Source: the human T2T-CHM13v2.0 reference genome, Homo sapiens
DNA length: 64,000 nt
Strand: one strand, 5' to 3'
NCBI RefSeq assembly: GCF_009914755.1
Contig: NC_060926.1
In this document: piece by piece, positions 58,023 to 64,000 of the stretch
Layout: the number at the start of each line of letters is the position of its first letter
Position numbering within the stretch: the first letter of the stretch is position 1
Notes under the pieces: generated by a model
The model's database searches: none
Told to the model about the DNA's origin: nothing
Seen by the model: only the letters and a program-made list of their open reading frames with translations
Position numbers and translations under genes: made by a program

Positions 58023-60528
58023 GGCACAGAAGGGGACCAAATCAGCCTGGAGTTTAGCACATTTCATGTGAGTCTGTATCATAGTTTGAATTAAATAGAA
58101 AGGGATTCAGTGTATTTTTGAGAACCTATGTTGTGTGAGGAACTAGAAAGAGAAATGACTACATGTAATGATGACCATCACAGAGGAGCTACAGAAGCCA
58201 GCATAAGGTGGTGGTTTGTGGAGATGGGGAATAGTTGACTCCTGGTGCTGGGAATTGCAAGTGCAATGGCATAGAGGTGTGAACAGCACACTAGGTCTGG
58301 GAGCATAGGGTGACACCGAGTCACTGGGGAAGAGATGTGACTAGAGAAATTGGCCTTCATGCCATTCAGGAAAAAAATTGGACTTTATCTCATAGACTGC
58401 ATGTGTGGGTTGGGGGCAAAAGGAGGTGGGGAGCTTTGAGGCTTTAAAGTAAGGAAATAATGTCAAACTCACACTATCTTTTCCATGGCAGTGGAGGAGG
58501 CAAAAGTTGGAGTAGTGAGTGGGCAAGGCTGGATACACTTGCAGAGGTCTGCGTAGGAGTAGAGGAGGCCCAGATAGTATGGTGGTGATAGGAATAGAGA
58601 GGAGAGATGGATTCGAGAGCTTCCTGAGATAACAAGGTATGAGGGGGGATCAGGAAGAGGGAGTGGGTGGGAGGCTCCTTTGGGATGACCTGTAAGATTT
58701 TGGCTTAGATGACTGAGGAAGCAGCAGATGCAGATGAAGCAGCCCTTGCTGGCCTGTTGAGTTCAGGGAGCTTCCTGAAGAGTGAAAAGAAGGTCAGTAG
58801 ACACTGAGGTTGATGACTCTAGACCTAGAGGCAAGAGTCTGGGCCATGATGAGCCTCTGACTGGCGTTAATATGGAGCTGGGAGGTGAAAACCACAGTGC
58901 CTTGGAGTGCTCTCGGAAGGCACATCTGTCTTTCAGAGGAAAGACTCTCACTGAGGCCAGAAGCTTGAAAAGCGCCCATTTGGGATAAGCGGGAGAATAG
59001 GGGCAGCAGAGAACGTCTACAGAAAGGGCGCTCTTGGGGAGCGAGCTACATACTGATTCCATAAAATTTGAATGGCACACATTCTTGGCTAAAAAGGAAA
59101 CTGTCTTGGTAAGCTCTAGTTTGTTCAGTATTGTTTTGGCATTTTCAGATAACGAAATGCAGGGACTGTTAACATTAGTATCGTACCTCTGTTTATTTTC
59201 CATTTTTATCCCCAGTGACGGAATAGCGTATTCTTAATTGTACCCTTGAGATGAAATGAAATAATACATTAAAAAATACATTGAATTTCCAATATATGTT
59301 TATAATACAAGTTTTGTTCTTTGAAGATCTTACTTTTCTGTTACTTGGATATTTTACTTTTTATTCATCATTGAACTGAAAAACTAGTAGGCCATGTTGT
59401 AGAACAGTGACATACACTTGAATAATTGTTCTTATGGCTGGATGCGTCACTCTTCCTAACTGCTTCTTACTATTTCATCCTCCTTTTAATAGGGGGTTGA
59501 CCCAGGTCTTGGGCCTTGGGCCTGTTCATTATCCACATTCATTTTTTTGGTGACATCATTCAGGCCCGTGGCTTTAAATATTAATATCATCTACACACTG
59601 ATGAGTTTATATTTCCAGTTTGGACTTGTCTTCTAAACTCTAGACATTGTATACAACTTCTTAGTCCATACTAGTTGGCATCTTCAACATAACAGGTCCA
59701 AATTCAAACTTCCGCACACTCCTTCCCACCTCAAAACCACTCTTCCCACAGCCAGCCCCACCTCAATTAAAGGCAGCTCCATCTTCCATTTGTTCAAGGC
59801 AGAAATCTCTCAGTCATCCTTGAGTATTTTTTTCTCATACTCCAATCCAATAATGTCAGGAGCTCTACCTTCAGAGTATCGTGTGTGCCACATCTTAGCA
59901 CCTCCACTGCCACCAGCCCCTCTGCTCATCTCTTCCTTGCAGTAGCCTTCTAACTGGTCTCTGCTGCCAGTCTTGTCTCTGGAGTCTGTTCTCAGATCCG
60001 CCACCAGGGAGGCTCTGTCAAGGCATTTAAGTCAAATACTTTTCTCAGAACTCCACAGTGGCTTCTCACGTCACCAGGAATAAAAGCCAAAGATTGTAAA
60101 ACGGCCACAGGCTTCGTAAGACATGGAGCCTGTGTGACTTGATGTTGGGCCCAACCCTGTTTCTTTTCTGACTTCATTTCTTGCTCCTTTTCTTTCAGAC
60201 ACTGGTCTTTTCACCATTCCTCAGGCCTGCCAGGCACCATCACTATCCTTGGGTCTTTACCCAAATGTTACTTTATGACCCTCATATGTACAATTGCATC
60301 TCAAGTTTGTATTCTCCACATTTCTCTGCTGCTTTCTCTCTTTCCATAATACCATCTGACATAGGTGTATCATTGTCAGCCTTCCTTCCTAGATGGAAGG
60401 CAGGGATTTTTGTCTGTTTTGTTTACTGGTATATCTCCAGAATTTAGAATGTCTGCCGCATAGAAAGTCGTCAGTAAACATTTACAGAATTCATTTTATT
60501 ATGAAAGAAATTTTAATTTTGCTCTTAG

Positions 60529-60668
60529 GTTCATCTCTAACAAGTATTTAGTGAAACGACAGAGCAGAGACTATGATGTGGAATGGGGCTATGCTTTTGA
60601 TGTGCATCTCAATGCTTTTTATCCACTCCTGGTCATTTTGCATTTTATCCAGCTTTTTTTCATCAACC
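60529..60668 (+). CDS. UNC50: UNC50 exon (WFISNKYLVKRQSRDYDVEWGYAFDVHLNAFYPLLVILHFIQLFFIN)
   Basis: ctcttag acceptor, ACC|GTAAGT donor; conserved VEWGYAFDVHLNAF motif. Confidence 0.96.
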
Positions 60669-60753
60669 GTAAGTAGCAGTTAATTAGAGTATTATCCAAG
60701 TCTTCATTGCATGCATTGGTAAAGGGACTCATGGTCTGCGTCTCTTCTGGCAG

Positions 60754-60855
60754 ATGTTATCCTGACAGACACATTTATTGGATATTTAGTTGGAAATACC
60801 TTATGGTTGGTTGCAGTTGGCTATTATATCTATGTAACTTTCCTGGGATACAGTG
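60754..60855 (+). CDS. UNC50: UNC50 exon (HVILTDTFIGYLVGNTLWLVAVGYYIYVTFLGYS)
   Basis: ctggcag acceptor after an 85-nt intron, GTG|GTAAGT donor. Confidence 0.95.
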
Positions 60856-60929
60856 GTAAGTAATTTTTTTAAATGTTTTTGGTTGAGAACATAGCAAGAG
60901 GGGGAAAGTTGTAACAGTAGTACAAACAG

Positions 60930-61090
60930 CTGCTTTTATGGAACACTTACAGGCACTATCCTAAGTATTTTATGTGCATTATCTCATTTAATCTTCATGA
61001 CAATTACACAGGTTTGTTTCTGTTTTCAAATGAGGAAACTGAGGCAGAGAGATTAAGCAACTTACCCATGGTCATGCAGCTAGAAAATGG
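60930..61090 (-). mobile_element. MIR SINE
   Basis: atctcatttaatcttca...atgaggaaactgaggcagagagattaagcaacttaccc. Confidence 0.7.
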
Positions 61091-62489
61091 CCTAGCTGGT
61101 ATATAACAGATTTTATACTTTCAAGGAAACATGTTAAACCATACTGGTTATCTCCAGATGACTTGCAGGAATCCAAGACCATTCACTCCTCTTCTCCCAT
61201 GCTTTCAGGTTGTGGGTTACCAGCAGGAGGGTAGAGCGAAGAAAGGTGGGGCCCAGCATCTTGTTACATAGGTCTATGAACTGAAGTTCTCTAAAGCCTT
61301 TTGAATCATAACTTTTTGCCCCATTCTTAGTTTTCATGATTACCGTATGGTTCTGTAGACAATCACAGAAGATCGGGCCCAACATTTATTGTCCTCAGGA
61401 CATGTTTGCAGATTTACTGTTAAATCCTGTTGTCAGTTCATTTTTCTTAATATGAATGAGGAACATATATTATTTTTCATTTATGTTAAGAAATGATCCC
61501 ATTAAATAAAGCCAAATAAAATCTAGAGACTGCGCTGTACGTTTCTTACCCCTTCCTTTCCTGTTACTGTAGATGATTAGGGCCTAACTGTAAATACAGA
61601 TGGCTCTGACTATGCCTGGCTCCGGAGTTATTCCCACCCTGGTTCTCTCCCCCCTTGGCTGGTTTGTCAGGGAACACTTAACCCCTTCATTGTAATGCCT
61701 TGTTTGGGGAGTGCTTTCTCTAGTCCAGGGGAGATGTTTGTGTCATTTCTAACGAATTTTGAAAGTGTTTTGTGATGAGAACACTGCAGCACTGTGGTTT
61801 CTCTAAGTGGTTATTTGAACACTCCTGGTAACGACCTATACCACTTAGAATAGTTGGAGTACAGCTCAGTTTGTTTAAGAACTTCTATATGAGAAATACT
61901 TAGGTCGGGATGCATGGGGTAGGGTCCCGCTAACTAAGCAGTGAGCAAGAAACATCAATATTTGGAGCCAGACTTTTATATTTAAGAGTTTCAGTTCTTT
62001 TCTGAAGCCTGGGCTACTAGTTGAGCTCACACCCTCTTAAAGTGGGGGTATAATGCTTTACACTGGAAAATCTCAAATAGCTAAAAGATGTTTTCCTATA
62101 ACGCCATCCATCTCTGTACTTTAAGTTGGACTCCTAGAGGTTTCTGAGGCAGTCACAAGTTTAAATTCACCACTGTTTTCATGAATATTTGTGACATTTC
62201 TCCCTCATTGTTAACCTCTCTTGGTCCAGTGTATGATGTCCCACTCAGCCTCTGTGCTGAAATAATTCCTCTCCTAGGTTTCTTCCCAGCCCTAGACAAG
62301 GAGGAAACAGCACAGAGGGGTTGGGAAGAGTAGTCTAGTTCTGGGCATAAATAGCATCATCTTACTGATTCAAAATATGCATTCCCTTCCACCCCACATG
62401 TTGAAGTAAGCTGTCTTTCAAAATGTTCATTTATTAGTCATTTATTTTTTTTTTTTTTTTAAATCAGTTTGGATTCCTTTCTTTTCCAG

Positions 62490-62626
62490 CATTGCCATTT
62501 TTGAAAAATACAGTAATTCTTCTGTATCCATTTGCACCTCTGATTCTGCTCTACGGGCTTTCCCTGGCACTGGGATGGAACTTCACCCATACTCTCTGTT
62601 CTTTCTATAAGTACAGAGTGAAATAA
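62490..62626 (+). CDS. UNC50: UNC50 last coding exon (ALPFLKNTVILLYPFAPLILLYGLSLALGWNFTHTLCSFYKYRVK*)
   Basis: ttttccag acceptor; TAA 62624..62626; spliced CDS 780 nt = 259 aa plus stop. Confidence 0.96.
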
Positions 62627-62815
62627 AAAGTGAGAAGAAGATTCAATCGTAACTGTGTCAACAGTATTGTGAAGTGATCATTTCTTGTAAAACTTGTAAA
62701 TAAACTATCATCTTTGTAGATATCTTAAAGGTGTAAAGTTTGCAAATTTGAAGAAATATATATTAACACTGTGGTCAGGTACATTCCTTAAAACTAATTA
62801 AATGTACATTTCTAT

Positions 62816-62821
62816 AATAAA
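62816..62821 (+). promoter_or_regulatory. UNC50: UNC50 poly(A) signal
   Basis: AATAAA followed by GU-rich tgtgtgttc ~20 nt downstream. Confidence 0.7.
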
Positions 62822-63177
62822 TATTTTTTAAACTAAAGCATGTGTGTTCACTCTAATATTTGCAAATGTAAGAGCTACATGTAAAATGCTAATGGCATGG
62901 GGAAAACATAAACGTAAAACAATATGAATTATTTTTGAAAGAGTATCATCTAGTTGGAGAACAAGGGAATAATCATACAGCCCCATCGCTCTCCTATTGA
63001 CAAAGATGCATAATCTCCATTTCTAATGAGCTGTATTTTAAATACTTACTTACATAAGCCACAAGATCCCTTCTAACCTTCGGAATCCTCTATAAACCTG
63101 TAGTGTCAGTCAAACGGGAGTCACTGTACTTCAGGCCCTAAGCATCATTAGCAGCATTTTCTACATTAAAAACTTAC

Positions 63178-63282
63178 TTATAGCCCCTAAATATTTTAGA
63201 TCAAAGAGGCCCTTATAGCCCCTAAATATTTTAGATCAAAGAGGCCCTTATAGCCCCTAAATATTTTAGATCAAAGAGGCCC
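63178..63282. repeat. Perfect 35-bp tandem triplication (TTATAGCCCCTAAATATTTTAGATCAAAGAGGCCC)x3
   Basis: Three identical copies at 63178, 63213 and 63248. Confidence 0.97.
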
Positions 63283-63494
63283 AGGTAGCTACTCTTATTT
63301 TAGGAACTGTATAGTACATATAATAAAGTGAACATCAGCATAATATTGGTCATCACTGTCTTAACAGTAGGGCTTTTTTTTCCCCTTTCTTTAGAGACTT
63401 TACAAAACCCAATAGAGGATCCACTCCTTTTTCTAACTGAAAATGGATAACTAGTATTGTCTCAGTGTTAACAAAGTTAATAATAAAATACTAC

Positions 63495-64000
63495 TCATTA
63501 AGTTTCACCTATTTTTATTAGAAGGAATCTTGAATTCAACATGGCTTTTTAAACTTCTTTATTTCAAATACACATGAACGGTCGTGGCACAGAGAAACAG
63601 TGATGAAGGCACAATCAACAGGACCAGTTACTAGGTTTTCAATTATAGCAGCAAATCTGAAAATAAATAATCTTCCTTTAAAAATCCAACAAGTACCTAA
63701 AATATTACTACGGATAGGAATCATTCAGCCAATGAAGACATTTTAAGGAAAATATATACAATACATTTAAGAAAAAAAAAAATCTGGTACAACCTGGCAA
63801 GGAGATTCCTCAGGCAGCTTCTCTAAGGGATGCTTCCAGAAACATCCCCTAATGCAGACAACCTTTCCAAAGTGTTCTGAATGGGACACTTCAGTTTTTC
63901 CATTCCATAAATGAAACACAATTGTTACACTTTGCTGATTTCTAAATCTTTCTTAGAAAACATTACTGCCTACACTGAAATGAAAAGTATCAAATCTACT
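63495..64000 (-). other. MGAT4A: Probable terminal 3' UTR of MGAT4A
   Basis: Recalled synteny (MGAT4A converges on UNC50); AATAAA on - at 63514..63519; no coding sequence visible. Confidence 0.4.

Noticed and set aside
59998-60015. Second CTCF-like motif CCACCAGGGAGGC
   Set aside because: Mismatches in the core 3' half; much weaker than the 13697 site.

Overview
Human (or very close great-ape) genomic DNA, recognisable as the chr2q11.2 INPP4A–COA5–UNC50 locus. It contains the 3' half of INPP4A on + (alternatively spliced PEST region, CKSAKDR catalytic exon, two alternative last exons beta and alpha, long 3' UTR) and complete COA5 (3 coding exons, 74 aa, - strand). UNC50 (5 coding exons, 259 aa, + strand) is also complete and shares a bidirectional CpG-island promoter with COA5. 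The extreme 3' UTR of MGAT4A probably lies at the right edge. Repeats include 7 Alus, old L1s, DNA transposons, LTRs, a 31-bp minisatellite and a perfect 35-bp triplication. The most notable observations are: (1) a young L1PA2-type insertion with a twin-priming inversion and a ~530-bp 3' transduction, all inside one target-site duplication; (2) a candidate in-frame 12-nt INPP4A microexon behind a ~200-nt AG-free zone; (3) a ~265-nt AG-exclusion zone before the beta last exon; (4) a dense YCAY cluster at the PEST alternative donor; (5) a near-perfect CTCF site; (6) two apparently non-reference alleles. No prokaryotic-type system (CRISPR etc.) is present. Exon boundaries were read by hand, and repeat family names come from recalled consensus sequences, not a database search.
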